Shown: positions 12,398-28,414 of the stretch, one piece after another
Layout: the number at the start of each line of letters is the position of its first letter
Numbering within the stretch: the first letter of the stretch is position 1
DNA from: Octopus vulgaris
Taxonomy: Eukaryota
NCBI GenBank assembly: GCA_951406725.2
Contig: OX597814.1
Coordinates: 175,894,001 to 175,958,000 of the forward strand
Reading direction: 5' to 3'
DNA length: 64,000 nucleotides
Translations under genes and position numbers: made by a program
The notes under the pieces: model-generated
The model's input: the letters and a program-made list of their open reading frames with translations, nothing else
Database searches by the model: none
What the model was told of the DNA's origin: nothing

Positions 12398-12529
12398 ACA
12401 CATATATACATATGTGTGTGTACATTTATAGTGTTGTTTGCACGAACAAAAACAAAAACACTATTGTATTTAGAATACAAAATGTATCACATCCACTTTA
12501 ACTAGGCTGATGTCTTTTTAGACATTGAT

Positions 12530-12689
12530 CGCTAAGTTACGGGGGTCGTAAACACACCAACATCGGTTGTCAAGCAATGCTGGTGGACAAACGCAGACAC
12601 ACAAATATACCCACACACGCACACACACATACATACATACATACATGTATATATAAATACATATATGTATATATATATATACATACATT

Positions 12690-12721
<32 letters not shown>

Positions 12722-12722
12722 C

Positions 12723-12755
<33 letters not shown>

Positions 12756-12839
12756 GATTAGTAGGCTATAGTAGAAAACACTTACCCAAGGTGCCACGCA
12801 GTGGGACTGAACCCGGAACCATGCAGCTACTCCTGCACC

Positions 12840-12840
<1 letters not shown>
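12530..12840 (-). mobile_element. SINE B, internally deleted
   Basis: CCCAAGGTGCCACGCAGTGGGACTGAACCCGGAACC and AACACACCAACATCGGTTGTCAAGC. Confidence 0.85.
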
Positions 12841-12874
<34 letters not shown>

Positions 12875-13544
12875 ATAGATATATGTATGTCTGTATATAT
12901 TTTAAAGTGCTCATATAGCCAAGTCCATGCGTATCTCTAAAAACAGATGTAAAGGTATTTCCATGGGGGTGCACGCTCTCTCTGCACGCGTATAAGCTCT
13001 ATGTCACAAATGTGCATACGCATGCACATACACACATGCACACACAGTTGTATGCATAGAAATAACATTCTTACACATCGTTACAACTCCAGACCCTATA
13101 GATATTATTGTACCCCTATTTTTGCATATCCATTCCCCTCATACATGAATCTATACTGAGTGGAGACGTACATAGATGACTCGTAGTCAAATTACATGTA
13201 TGCATGCATACTCAGATGCTCACACACGCAAACATATGTGTACTTATACACTTACACAGGTGAATAGAAACACACCAAAATGAATGAAATATTGTGAGAG
13301 TGAAAATAGTGGAAATGTGGCAGAAGGTGGAAAGCTACAAAACTCAAGAATAAAGATAGAAGAAGAAAAGGTAAGAGAGGAAATATCACGATAAAAATAC
13401 ATGAAAGAATAGATCACTACTGGAGGATTCAGGATTAAGATCTGCTTGGGGTGTTTCGTGTTAGTTTAAGGCGTAGATTGCTATGCTTAGTCAAATAAAG
13501 TTAGTGGATACGGTGGATGTAGCAGCGATAGTGCTGGACGTCGT

Positions 13545-13960
13545 CATGGCAGTGGTTTCCAGTATAGGAGTAAATACTTATTGTAATGTTTGCATTTGTT
13601 GAATATTTCCGATCTTATGGTTGAGTAAATGTTAGGGTTTTGAGGTTCCTTAAATTATGAGGTTCTTCTAAGTTCTGGAAGGCTGCAACATCCACAGCGG
13701 TTCACGGATAGTGACAGAGTGTAGCCACTATTTGTCAAGTACGTTTTTGCAAAACTCCTATGGAGAGGGTTCCAGTCCTGGGTCAAAAGAAGATGAGGGG
13801 AAGCGGTCTTTCATCTGGAATGTTGTCTGGCTTGCAAAGCCCACTACCAATTCGATAGTGCAGCCGGTGCAACCATGACAATCTTGGAGATGTCCTCTCG
13901 GTGACAACGAAGTTCAGAACGAACTATTCCGGTGGAATTCCATCCAGGAAGGCATGCGCA
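13545..13960 (-). mobile_element. Possible LINE 5' UTR/ORF-start remnant
   Basis: Higher-GC unique-looking block bordered by (CAT)n. No diagnostic motif recognised. Confidence 0.25.
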
Positions 13961-14009
13961 TCATCATCATCATCATCATCATCAACAGCAGCAGAAGCAG
14001 CAGCAGCAG

Positions 14010-14205
14010 CAAAGCAGCACATGGTATAATCGTTAGCTCACCGGTCAAAATGCTAAGCGCTATTTCTTCCGGTTTACGCTCTGAGTTCAAAATACCACCG
14101 AGGTCGACTTTACATCTCATGAGTACCATCTGCGCACTGGAGTCCATGTAATCGACTGGCTCCTCTCCACAGATTTCAGTCCTTGTAATTTTAGTATAAA
14201 GGATT
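14010..14205 (+). mobile_element. SINE A, degenerate
   Basis: CTGAGTTCAAAATACCACCGAGGTCGACTTTAC. Confidence 0.8.
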
Positions 14206-14219
14206 AAAAAAATATTTAC

Positions 14220-14306
14220 ATCAACAGCCTCATCATCATCATCACCATCATCAACATCATCATCATCCTCATAACCATAATCATCATCCTCATCCCCATC
14301 ATCAAT

Positions 14307-14338
<32 letters not shown>

Positions 14339-14375
14339 TGTCACCACCACCATCATCATCACCATCATCATCATC

Positions 14376-14441
<66 letters not shown>

Positions 14442-14530
14442 TTTATGATCAACAACAATATTACTGTTGCTGGAAAAAAGAAAATATGGGTGATGATGAT
14501 GATCATCATCATCATCCTCATCACCATCAT
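14220..14530. repeat. (CAT/CAC)n microsatellite
   Basis: Directly visible. Confidence 0.95.
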
Positions 14531-14693
14531 TGCAATCGTCATGTTTATGTTTGAAGGGTTGATAATAATGATGCCAAATATGATGATTATAGTGGCATTG
14601 ACTATAATGACGTTAATATTGACTGAATAACATGGAGGTATAGTGATAAACTTTTCTTTTTAATCGATTCCTCGCTCCCTTTTTCTCTCTCAG

Positions 14694-14741
14694 TCTTATA
14701 ACACTTCCATCAATCCTGTTCTTAAGATTAAGCTGGGAAAC
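14694..14741 (+). other. Candidate 48-nt exon
   Basis: Pyrimidine tract TTTTCTCTCTCAG| and donor AAC|GTATGA. Length divisible by 3; open in two phases. Confidence 0.2.
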
Positions 14742-14754
14742 GTATGATTGTTTG

Positions 14755-15447
<693 letters not shown>

Positions 15448-16029
15448 GCAATGGAAAAAGAAAAGGGAAATAAAATCCGCTAATCCATTTTCATTGAATA
15501 CAAAGCTATTACTCAAGATGCATATGATTTTGTGTTGTGCGTGAGAAAGAATGCAAGATGGATGATGACGAATGCAACAACAGCAACAAATGCGGCCACA
15601 ACAATAGCAATAACAACTACTGCAACAACAACATTCGGTGATTCGATATGATAATAGTAATAGAAGGGGAAAAAAAAGGGGGTCATGTTTCCTGACGCTT
15701 TGTAGAAATATATATTTTAATAGACGGATTTCCACTAAGAACCATATAATTAACAAGGAAAATACGGCCAGCAAAATGATGGACATTGATCGTCTGCAAA
15801 CAACCAAGTATTAGAAATGAAAAACGATCGACATATTCTGACAGAAGGAACTGATGGGAAAAAAATTGACGATGAAGGAGAACACAGAAGTGAATTTAAA
15901 TGAAATAAATACCCTTTAAAACATAGCTTTCCATGCATGAGAATTTATAACATCGTGCACCAAACAAACTTGTGCATTGTTTCATGCATATTTTATTATG
16001 TGCATACATACATGTACATACACAGAGAC

Positions 16030-17640
<1,611 letters not shown>

Positions 17641-17710
17641 GTGGAGAAAGAGAGAGTGTGTGGGCGTGCATACAAAGAAAGACTATCCAGTTAATATACA
17701 ACCATTTTCA

Positions 17711-17925
17711 GGCGACGAGCTGGCAGAAAACGTTAGTTAGCACACCGAGATAAATGCTTAGTAGTATTTCATTTGTCTTTGCTCCCAGTTCAAATTCCGC
17801 CGAGATCGTCTTTGCTTTTCATCCTTTCGGGGTCGATAAATTAAGTACCAGTTGCGTACTGAGGTCGATCTAATCGACTGGCCCTCTCCCCAAAACTTTT
17901 GGACCTTGTGCCTAGAGTAGAAAAG
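17711..17925 (+). mobile_element. SINE A monomer (tail type II)
   Basis: GGCGACGAGCTGGCAGAAAACGTTAG...GGACCTTGTGCCTAGAGTAGAAAAG. Confidence 0.9.
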
Positions 17926-17999
17926 AGTATATACATACATACAGATACACACACATATATAGAGAAACAGAAAAAGAGATGTCTGTCTGTATGTATATG

Positions 18000-18038
<39 letters not shown>

Positions 18039-18903
18039 CATGCTCGAAGATGCTTCTTTTGCAGCCATGAGGTCTCGTGTTCGATCCCATTTCGTTCGTT
18101 TTGAGCAAATGGCATTTTCACTAGCCCGGAGTCGGCGCGCGCGCATACACACACACACACACACACACACAAGCGTATATAGGACAGGCTTCTTTCAGGT
18201 TCCGTCTCCAAATCTGCCCAAGATGTCGCGTTGTGGGACTGAACCCAAGACCACGTAGTTGGAAAGCAAGCGTGTTAACCACACACCTGCGCCTGTGCCT
18301 ATAAAACTGAGAAAAGCGGAAGGGGTCTTTTTTGTTCTTTTCTTCTTTAACCTGGCCTTTACAAACCCCTCCCTTCGGCTAAAACCAATTCTGTTTTCGC
18401 TTGAAGAAATATAGCCTCATATATTTACATGATGGCTGTAGAATAGAAGTTCATATCTGGCAAAGAAAACTATGTTTTATTAACCGTATATAATTGATGT
18501 ACACCACCACCCAAACCAATCTTGACGAAACTCCTATTTCATTAAACGTGTCAACATTAATATACATTGATTAATGTTCTTTTGTTTAGATCTATTTGGA
18601 TAGCTAATTTATGTTACAGAAAACTGGAGCCATGTATACTTTTATTTTACTTATGTCAGCTATTAATATCTCGCTTCTGAAACAATAGATTTTTCTATGT
18701 GTGTATTATTCTTTAATTTCAATCAGGCTTTCTTATATTTTTCAGACCGTTCTTACGTTTATCGTTTAGTTAAAATAATTTTAGCGTTGGAGTTTTACTA
18801 TCCAAAAGGGATTTTCTACATAATATTTACATGCTGTAATTTATAGCTTTATGTGTGCACTTCGAGATATTCTTAAAAAGAATTTTTTTATTTTTATTTA
18901 ACA

Positions 18904-19271
18904 CTAGCAGTATAGCTCGGCGTTGCTCGGGTTTGTTCTCTTTTCGACCCTTTAGAATTGGAATTTTTGCAAAGTAAATTTTGCATTATGTAGCTTGTTA
19001 TTCTCTTTAAGTGAACATTTTTCTGGTTGAAATACACCGAAAAATGGCGACACAGCAGTCAAAAAATCGTAAAAAATAGGGATTTTCATAGAAAAAAAGC
19101 ACCTGGTCCGATTTGAATTTGTTCTACGGAATGAAGAGCAAGCCTTCTTCTATCATACTCTCAATTTTGGTCAGCTTGTGCCGCAAGGTCTCGGAGGAGA
19201 TAGTGTTAGTTGAAGGCTACCAAACCTGTCACACACACACACAGACAACTTCAGCTTTATATATATATAGA
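18904..19271 (-). mobile_element. Non-autonomous Helitron
   Basis: On the minus strand: A|TC start, subterminal GC hairpin (CCCGAGCAACGCCG..) and CTAG|T end. Homologous to 29583-29973. Confidence 0.85.
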
Positions 19272-19357
19272 TTAAGAATCATCAAACTTTTAAGGGTGGC
19301 GTTCAACAAACTTATTCGTTTATGTTTCTTCACAAAGAAAATGGAGATGTAAACGAA

Positions 19358-19765
19358 AGCGTAGGAGTGGCTGTGTGGTAAGTAGCTTGCTTACGAACCA
19401 CATGGTTCCGGGTTCTGTCCCACTGCGTGGCACCTTGGGCAAGTGTCTTCTACTATAGCCTCGAGCCGACCAAAGCCTTGTGAGTGGATTTGGTAGAAGG
19501 AAACTGAAAGAAGCCCGTCGTATATATGTATATATATGTATGTGTGTGTATATGTGTGTGTGTCTGTGTTTGTCCCCCAACATCGCTTGACAACCGATGC
19601 TGGTGTGTTTACATCCCTGTAATATTAGCGGTTCGGCAAAACGAGACCGATAGAATAAGTATTAGGCTTACAAAGAATAAGTCCTGGGATTGATTTGCCC
19701 GACTAAAGGCGGTGCTCCAGCATGGCCACAGTCAAATGACTGAAACAAGTAAAAGAGTAAAGAGG
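19358..19765 (+). mobile_element. Full-length SINE B
   Basis: Near-identical to 6027-6456. Confidence 0.93.
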
Positions 19766-20133
19766 ATAAATAAATTATATTTGTAGTGTATGTGTACGTG
19801 GAGGAGGTGGGGGGCTCATGCGAATCCCATAATCCATTGCTTTACTAACACTCTGCCCGAAAACATTTGAAGTAATGATTTATTATTTAGTCACATGGTC
19901 AGCAATTTTGAAGGGAGGGAGTGTAGGCGACACCGTCAACCCCCGTACTTCATTGGTGCAAATATTCAGTCTCGAAGGGAAAATTGTTTAGTTGACCACA
20001 AAAGAATATTAGCTGAAGACGTAAACTAACAAAGCTGTACATTAAAAGTACATTTACTCACGTACTCAACAGTTTCTCCCATCCTATCACCCTTCTATCC
20101 TGAGGCCTATGGTTCAATATATATTTGAACATA

Positions 20134-20329
20134 CAAGGGGAGTACTGAAAATTTCCTTTGCTTTGGGTAAAAGAAAATACAGGAGTATCAGTTAATTATG
20201 ATTTTATTCAAACACTTATTGCAGCAGTTCTTCATTTTTTCTAAGTCCTGTAAAAGAACCCGGATGGTTGGGCTTCCAACCAGCCCTTTCATGATACCCT
20301 TAAAGCCAGTAAATTTTCAGCACCCTTCG
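20134..20329. mobile_element. Mariner-type MITE
   Basis: TA-flanked. Imperfect TIRs C(A/G)AGGGG..CTGAAAA and TTTTCAGCACCCTTCG. Second copy at 51124-51335. Confidence 0.8.
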
Positions 20330-20704
20330 TACTTATTTCACGAGAGTAATTTGGATCCTTATTTTAGTCATTCGATCAAATGTCTCAGATTTACTGAATA
20401 GATATAAATCTTCGGTTGGGGGATGAAATATTGAACTACCAGACATAATGCAGGCTTTTCCTTGTGTATCTGAGCAGTAGTAGTTATTTTTATCTACCAT
20501 GCTTCATTAACTTGACCAAACCCTCTTGGTGGTTAGTATTAGTATTTCATAAAAGACAAACATCCCTCTTCAGTTGAAGAGTCATATCACGTCCATTTGT
20601 CCCGCTTGTCTTAACAGAAATCTTTGATCAGTGATGTACGAGAAAGACTTGGCGAGACGTCCTTGTAAAGTACGTCCTTGCCAACCCACTCATAACAAAC
20701 ACAA

Positions 20705-20791
<87 letters not shown>

Positions 20792-20844
20792 TATATATAT
20801 ACATATATATATATAAATATATATTTATACATACACACACACAA

Positions 20845-20912
<68 letters not shown>

Positions 20913-20915
<3 letters not shown>

Positions 20916-21546
20916 CGTCGCCTAAACATCTTTCACCTGCGCTGCCTCCGAAAAATCCTCCACATCAAATGGCAGAATCATATCCCCAACAAAGATGTCC
21001 TCAGGCAAGCAGGAATACCAAGCATGTTTGCACTCCTCACACAAAGACGTATGAGATGGCTTGGGCATGTTAGCCGTATGAAAGATGGCAGAATCCCCAA
21101 GGACATACTCTACGGAGAGCTTGCTAGGGGTACTAGGTCTGTGGGTAGACCGATCTTACGTTACAAGGATGTTTGCAAAAGGGATATGAAGGCCTGCAAC
21201 ATCAACATTAGCGGTTGGGAGGCAGTCGCCGGCAACCGTGGAGAATGGCGACGTACAGTAAAAGAGGGTATACAGAGGAGTGACAGAAAGAGAGAGGAGA
21301 AATGGAAAGAAAGGAAGAGACATAAACAAGAGACCATGGCACTACAACCAGCCAGGAACAGTCTTCGCTACATTTGCAGTACCTGCCAGAGGGAGTGTTT
21401 GTCCAGGATAGGACTACACAGCCACAGCAAGAAATGTAACAGGAAATAAAATATAACAGCCGGACTAGACCTAGAAAAAAGAAAAAAAAAAAAAGTAAAA
21501 AAAAATGCGCAACTCCATTGTCTCCCGAGACAGAAAGGATGCCAAA

Positions 21547-21548
<2 letters not shown>
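20913..21548 (+). mobile_element. 5'-truncated RTE-clade LINE 3' end with uninterrupted frame, inserted in (TA)n
   Basis: Translates as [26 protein letters not shown]...RRMRWLGHVSRMKDGRIPKDILYGEL..R..GRP.LRYKD...CSTCQRECLSRIGLHSH..C (stop at 21449). Has a 3' UTR hairpin and (TA)n on both sides. Confidence 0.93.
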
Positions 21549-21593
<45 letters not shown>

Positions 21594-21879
21594 TTTAGCT
21601 AGGTGTATTTTACACCTAAGGGATATTAAATATTCGAAGAATTTACTGGTTTATATTACATATTTCTATTCTTTATTATCACTTATTTTCAAAACCTGTA
21701 AACGATTAGCTATAGTTTGAATGACATGCTATGATTCTCTTCCATATACTAAATCACTTTCGACTAGTGACGTATCGGGTTAATTTTGTTATGAATCGCT
21801 TGTATATGTGATGTTCACACATTTGAAAGTATTTTCATTGCTTGATTTACATTTTCAGATTTTTCATTACATTAACACT

Positions 21880-23130
21880 GTAAAGACATCACTTTCTACA
21901 AAAGTACCAAGCATAATTAAACATATTTTACTATTCTACTATGTACTCATCCAGAGACACATTTCTGTTATCTGTTTGATTGGCCTTCATAGATTCAGTT
22001 TTACTGATATTTAATTGTAAGCTCTATATCATCAAGGTCGTATATATTTATGTGTATTTTCGGTGTTTTAATTCTAAGCTAAACAATGCCATCAGCATAA
22101 TTCAAATCTGCTAAACCATGTCCATAAGTCCTATGAATTCTCCCTCTTTCTTCTTCAACCATTTCCTTCATTATGCAGCTTATTAGAACTGTAAACAGGA
22201 GAAGGAATAAAACACCTCATTGCAGTACTCCTAATTCATTTAAGAGTTATTTCTTTAGCGTATTGACCTATTAGATTTACATCCTTTCCTTCAAAACATA
22301 GCAATGTAGTACTTTCTTAACTATGACCATATACATACCATCAAATACATTTTCAACACAAGCCATAACCAAAGTCCCTCTGAATTCAACGCATAATGTT
22401 CCTAGTATCTAGTCACTAAAATCTCACAGTCGTCGGAACCCGATTTGTTCATCCCTTAGTATATTGCCCAATGAAATGCATACCCTCTTCAGTACTTTGC
22501 TATTCAATATTATATATCCACAAATGCAACATACTCTAGGTGGGGTCCCCTTTTCCGATATACTGTCACGTTACCGACCTCCAAATATTTAGGTATCCGT
22601 TCGATCTTCCATACATTACGAAACAGCTTCAATAATGCTCTTGCAGTTACGTACTTCCTGGTTTTAAGTATGTCTCTTTCAATTCCATCTAATCTCCAAA
22701 TCTTTTTCTTTTTAATTGCTCTACAGCTCCAACTATTTCCTCGACAGTTATTTCATGTACAGACACTCCCAGCTCCTCTTGAGGTTCAGGAATTACCAAA
22801 GCATTTCTCCAATTAAACGCCTTGGTCATGACTATTAAAATGTTCTTTCCGTCTTTCTTGGATGTTTATATCAGACGTTATTAGTTCTCCATTAATATTA
22901 AACACAAGTAGGATTTTTTGATCTCTTTACTTTGCCAGTAATCTTGTTTAATATTTCATAACATTTTCTGATTCCAATACAGCCTCTTGCATTAAGTAAT
23001 TTATCAACTTCATCAACTTTCATTTCCGAGAGTCTTCTTTTATCGTTTCTTGAACACCTTTTCACTTCTCTATTGAGAGTCCAATATTTAGTTATTTCCA
23101 CTTTAAAATCCATCTTATTCCCTCTTGTAA
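21880..23130 (-). pseudogene. Degenerate LINE reverse-transcriptase relic
   Basis: Minus-strand motifs DEQIGFRR (about 22440), GVLQ*GVLF (about 22220) and DLNYADGI (YADD-like, about 22095) occur in the correct order. Confidence 0.7.
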
Positions 23131-24025
23131 TTTTAGTTAATTAATATTTCATGGATTATTACATCTAGTTCTCTAGCACCAACTACTTTACTGCTTATCT
23201 CTTAGTCTACAAAATTGTATGTTCCTTTGAGTTACTTGTTGGTATTTAACCTTCTACTGTAGACATCTGCACAGATCATAGGTATGTATGTTTGGTCAGA
23301 GCAAGTATGGAGCTAAACAGCAAATACAACTCGATCACCCAGTAAGGAAACCTCTATGTTGCTGCTCGTCTTGCTAGAAATAGAAGCTAATTACTATGAT
23401 ATCATATCCTGCCGCAAAAAAAAAAATTGTGAGAAAGGCTTCGAATAATGTAGTCCTAACTGCACTATATTTGTCTACGAATGAAATACTTTTGATCATA
23501 TATCATAAATCTGCTCGAATAGGATTGATTTGGGGTTAAACACAAAGAACTACATCAACTACTACAAGACAAGGAAACCTCTGAGTCGTTGCTAGAAATA
23601 GCAGCCTAACCACCTTCTCATCACACTCTGTCGTCTTAAAATTAGAAGGAAAAACAAATTGAATAATGTAATCTAAGCTACATAAGACCTAAAAAAGGAT
23701 ATGTTCAACCAGCTGTTGAAGCTGTAATATCGTTGAACAATTTTGCTCCATTCCATCAGCACTTACTAGGGGTTTAAACAACAACATCACTGAAAGATTA
23801 TCCATCTGGAATCTGGAAAAACTTACTCGAATTTTGTCTCTTCCTTCTCTCACTCTTCCTGTTTTCATTGTCTTTCTCCTTCTCCAGATGTTTCTCACTC
23901 GCTTTCTATCTATCTCTCCTTTCTTTTCTTTGTATAATATTTTCATATATATTCTCCTTCGCTTTATTTTTATCGCTTTCACATACACACACGCGCGCGT
24001 GCGCAAACACTTTCTCTCTTCTCTT

Positions 24026-24058
<33 letters not shown>

Positions 24059-24397
24059 GCTAAAAGATTATTCAATACTATTTAGAAGACAAAATGCTTA
24101 TTAAACTTTCACAAAGAAATGGTTGACAGCGACTTCGATGTTTCTGCTTGCTAGCTTTCTTCACTCTCTCTTCCCGTATCATTTTCTCTATGTATCTACA
24201 TGTGTTTGTGTGAGTGTGCGTGTGTGCGTGTATGCATGTGTGCGTGCATACATGTGTGCGTGCGTGCGTGTACGCATGTGTGTGTGAGCGCGCGTGTTTT
24301 TGTGTGTGTGTGCGCGCACGCACCTGATTTTACCTTTCGAAATATATTTCTCAGCCTTTCAATTTCCTATTCTCTCTCATCCACTGACATACACTTA

Positions 24398-24790
24398 TGT
24401 TCTGAGCACAATTCCCGCCGAGGTCAACTTTGCCTTTCATCCTTTCAAGGTTGACAAACTAGGTATCGGTCGAACACTGGGGTTGATGTAATCAACTGTC
24501 ACGACCCAACCTCTTTCTCCAGGATTTCAGGCCTTTTGCCTAAAGTAGAAAGAATTGTAGAGTAAGTCAGAGGGGATGATAAGCTGGCAGAATCCTTAGC
24601 GCGTCGGATAAAATGCTTAACGGCATTTTTACCGGCTTTTTACGTTCTGAGCTCAAGTTCCACCGAGATCAGCTTTACCTTTCATTCTTTCGGGGTCGCT
24701 AATCTAAGTATCAGTTGAGCACTGGGGTCAATGTAACCGACTTACCCAATCCCCTAAAATATCTGCCTTTGTACCAAAATAAAAAGCAAT
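24398..24790 (+). mobile_element. Two adjacent degenerate SINE A copies
   Basis: Core GGTCAACTTTGCCTTTCATCC and a second head AAGCTGGCAGAATCCTTAGC. Confidence 0.8.
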
Positions 24791-24929
24791 TATAGTTTAA
24801 GAGGGTGAAAGTTCTCCAGATATAGCGTAATTTTTAGGAAAATTTCGTGTAACCAGTCGAATGACACAGTGGTTGCTTCAATTACAGGTATAATCTTTCC
24901 GACATACTTGCACAGTTTGCATTATCTTT

Positions 24930-25250
24930 TTTTTTCTTACTTGTGTCAGTCATTGGACTGCAGCCATGCTGGGGCAGCACCTAAAAGTGTTTTAGTTGGA
25001 CAAATCGACCAAAGTTATATGTGTTTTTTTTATGTAAGGTACTTTTTCTTTTGCCGAACAGATAAGTAACAGGGACGTAAATAAACTAACACCGGCTGTC
25101 AAATGCAGTGCAAGCTTCCACATCGTTTATAGTTTCCATCACAAGCCGTCGGTGAACCCGAGGATATAGTAGAAGAGACTTGTTCGAGGTGCCACGTAGT
25201 GGAACTAAACCCGAAACGTCGTGGCTGCAAAGCGGGCTTCTTAAGACCTC
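24930..25250 (-). mobile_element. SINE B, degenerate
   Basis: GAGGTGCCACGTAGTGGAACTAAACCCG and CAGCCATGCTGGGGCAGCACC. Confidence 0.75.
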
Positions 25251-26226
25251 ATGAATACGAAGCGAACTTCTTGAAAATTCAGCATTATATTACCAATATA
25301 TCGTTTTGGCATACAGCCATATCTTTGCATCTGCAAGTTAATTTTTTCCGGAACTTTCTGATACTAGAAACCTTTCGTATCGACAAAGTAATAGTTACTG
25401 GTGACAAATAAGGTTTTTTGTAAAGCTTACAATTCTCACTTATTTTCTTTTTCTTTCTCTCTTCCTGATTCATTATGCTTTTTTTCCCTTTCTTTTTTAA
25501 TAGCACGTGGTCCATCGTTATATCAGGTATAATATCTATATTAAATATCTATATTCATTATATCTATATTAGCATTTACATTTATCATATGTATATGCAC
25601 ATGTGTGTGTATGCTTGTATGTATGTATATGTATATGTATATCTATGTATATATATATATATATATATATACACGCACACATTTAATATATCTATATTGA
25701 AATCTGTAGTTATTATATCTCTGTTAATAATTACATTTGTTATATCTACACTAATATCTGTTTTTATTAAGATATCAATATTAATATCTATATTTATTTT
25801 AATATATATATTCTAGTATATTGTGCATATACACATGCACACATACATATAAAATTGCTTTATTAGATACAAACATATATTTGTACGTAGATAGATACAC
25901 ACACATTTGCATACATTTTCTTTTTCTTAATGGAAGAGATAAAGTTATAATTAAAATTTACAGCTAAAGATACTGAATTTTATTTAAAGTTTATTCAAAA
26001 ATTTATTTGCAAATAAATTTCTGAATTTCTTCCTCATCAGTGCAGCTTTATGTGTTTAAATGTATTTTTAAAAATTTATTTAAATGTGAAAGATTTAAGC
26101 TTTTAAAACTTGAAATTTCACCTTGTTGATCCAACGTCTGTTAGCAGATAATTGCCTAATTTATTTTATATGACAAATTATTTTCTAGGACGACCTCAAT
26201 TCTTTATATATTTTTCTCTCCCACAG

Positions 26227-26286
26227 GCACGTATTTTCGCTGCAGTTCGGCGGAGCAGTTACCAACCTCGTATTTTTACCAGTGTG
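26227..26286 (+). other. Candidate small exon with a strong acceptor and a possible GC donor
   Basis: Acceptor TTTTTCTCTCCCACAG|G. Body is CpG-rich relative to its flanks. GTG|GCGAGT gives a 60-nt exon open in all phases. Confidence 0.25.
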
Positions 26287-28263
26287 GCGAGTACTAAACT
26301 ATTTGGCTCTAATTTGTGCTTTTAATTATCGATATCATCACCGTGGTCGTCACCATCATCATCATCATCATCATCATTACCATCATTATTTTATAATTAG
26401 TAACCTCTTCCTCATGATTACCGTCATATCTGTTCACCGCTATCGTTGTCCATGGTCTCTGAGGTTTGTCAGTCACAGTGCGCAACATCTCTGGGTGATC
26501 TCCCTTTCAGTCCGTTTCATAGTGAGACTAGCCACTCGTCATAGGCCCTCCTCCAAGTTTTCGCACGGCTGGTGCTCTGAAACTTAGAGATAAATACTAG
26601 GAAAATATTAAATTACCATTGGTAACTTTAACAGCACTAATTAACAAGAAGTTAATTAGTGAGATTACTGGCGGCAAAAGCATAGGGTTCGTCGAAACGG
26701 CCTTCTGGGTGTTGCATAGTATCACGCAGGTACCAAATAAATATTCACAGAGAACATAAAAATAGGGTTTGGTCAGTATAAATGTCCATTTTTTTCGGTA
26801 CTTGACTGAAAAAAGATTGTTGACCAGACCAGGAATCTAGATATCATTGGCCCACTTATTTCTCCTCTCTCCAGTAACAAATGCTACACACCTGAAAAGT
26901 TAGAGTGAGAAAAGTTAGAGTAAAACTAGAATACTTCAGCAGACTTTGGAAGGTGTGAAAGTCCGCATTCAATAAGATTTATATCGTACGGCTTTTGCAA
27001 CGCCACCGTTAGTATCAAAATTTGATTTCCTGTAGAGATCTGCAACTTAGAAACCATGACTTAGATGATATTAATCCCCAATGGTAACTTCAACACTGGC
27101 AAGCAGAAACTATGCTTGGCATAGAGAAGGGGGCAGCGGTATATGGTCAGATAAAAAGTATCTCACAGACAATACTTGTTAAACAGTAAAATGAGAAATG
27201 AGCATGTCACATACGTATACAAAGGAGGAAATTGATAACTTAGGAGTAGGTGAAGAACTCATCAATAGACAATAGTATCAGCTAGATCACAGAAAACCTG
27301 ACATATTGCATCTAATCAGAAAAGGTATTCATTTATTCAAAATTCCAAGCCACTGCACATATACAGTAGTGAGTTAGCCTGCGAAACTTCTACCAGTGAC
27401 TCCACCTGGGTGCTTGAGCTTGCGATCAGGCCACGAATATTTAGATTTCCGAGAGCTATTTCAGCGAATAACTAACATCTGATTAATATCCCTCTCTTTC
27501 TATATTATCATATGTAACATTTACTACCAGGAAGCATTATGTGGCATTATTTTAGTAACAATTTAACTCTTGTACTCATAACTCTCTTGCTTTTTCCCCA
27601 TTGCGGGTCATCACGTGTTTCATTAAATTGTTTCATTCACCTTTCCTTTATGCCATCCTTTATAAAAAGGCATTATGTCATACAACTGTATAATTGTTTA
27701 AATTATTCTATCTTTTCTTTCGTCTTATTTTTAAAAATGTTTCTTTAACGGTATAATTTGCATATTCATTTGTGTACGTACGTACGTGTGCTTGTGTGTA
27801 TGCATATAGGTGTACATGTGTATATGTATATGCACATATGTATATATGCATATGTATGTGTATGTATGTATGTATATATGTATGTGTCTGTGAGTGTGTG
27901 TGCGTGCACGTATAGGATTCGCGATGTAAAGGAAAAGTCGAACTCAAAACATGAGTGCATATATATATATGTTATCTTACCGTTTTTACCAATATATATA
28001 TATATATATGCATAAATAGCCAACGATTCTAGTCAACACACAAGACAGCCATTATCCCCTCCCCCCCACACATACACAAAACACCACCACGTGAACTCTG
28101 TTGAGACTAGTAAGAAACAATTATGAACTGTTTTATTACACTTAACTTTTAAAAATTCTTTTGATAAGGTTCGTTTTTTCAAGAAGAACCGAAACGTAAA
28201 ATCTATCAGGAAATTAAAATTTATATTATAGAGTGGCGTTTTCAAACTTCGTTTATATATATA

Positions 28264-28310
<47 letters not shown>

Positions 28311-28414
28311 CAGAAGCAACAGAGTGACTCAACGGTCGAGAATTTCCTAGGAAACGTGGAAGATTGCTAACTCAGAATACAGAATTGAAAGTGTAAAATC
28401 TGCGTAGCAATATA

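Noticed and set aside
12251-12505. Recurring peptide MRNWYLIYRPRKDERQSRPRRNLNS (also 32975, 45034, 58747)
   Set aside because: It is the antisense translation of SINE A, not a gene family.
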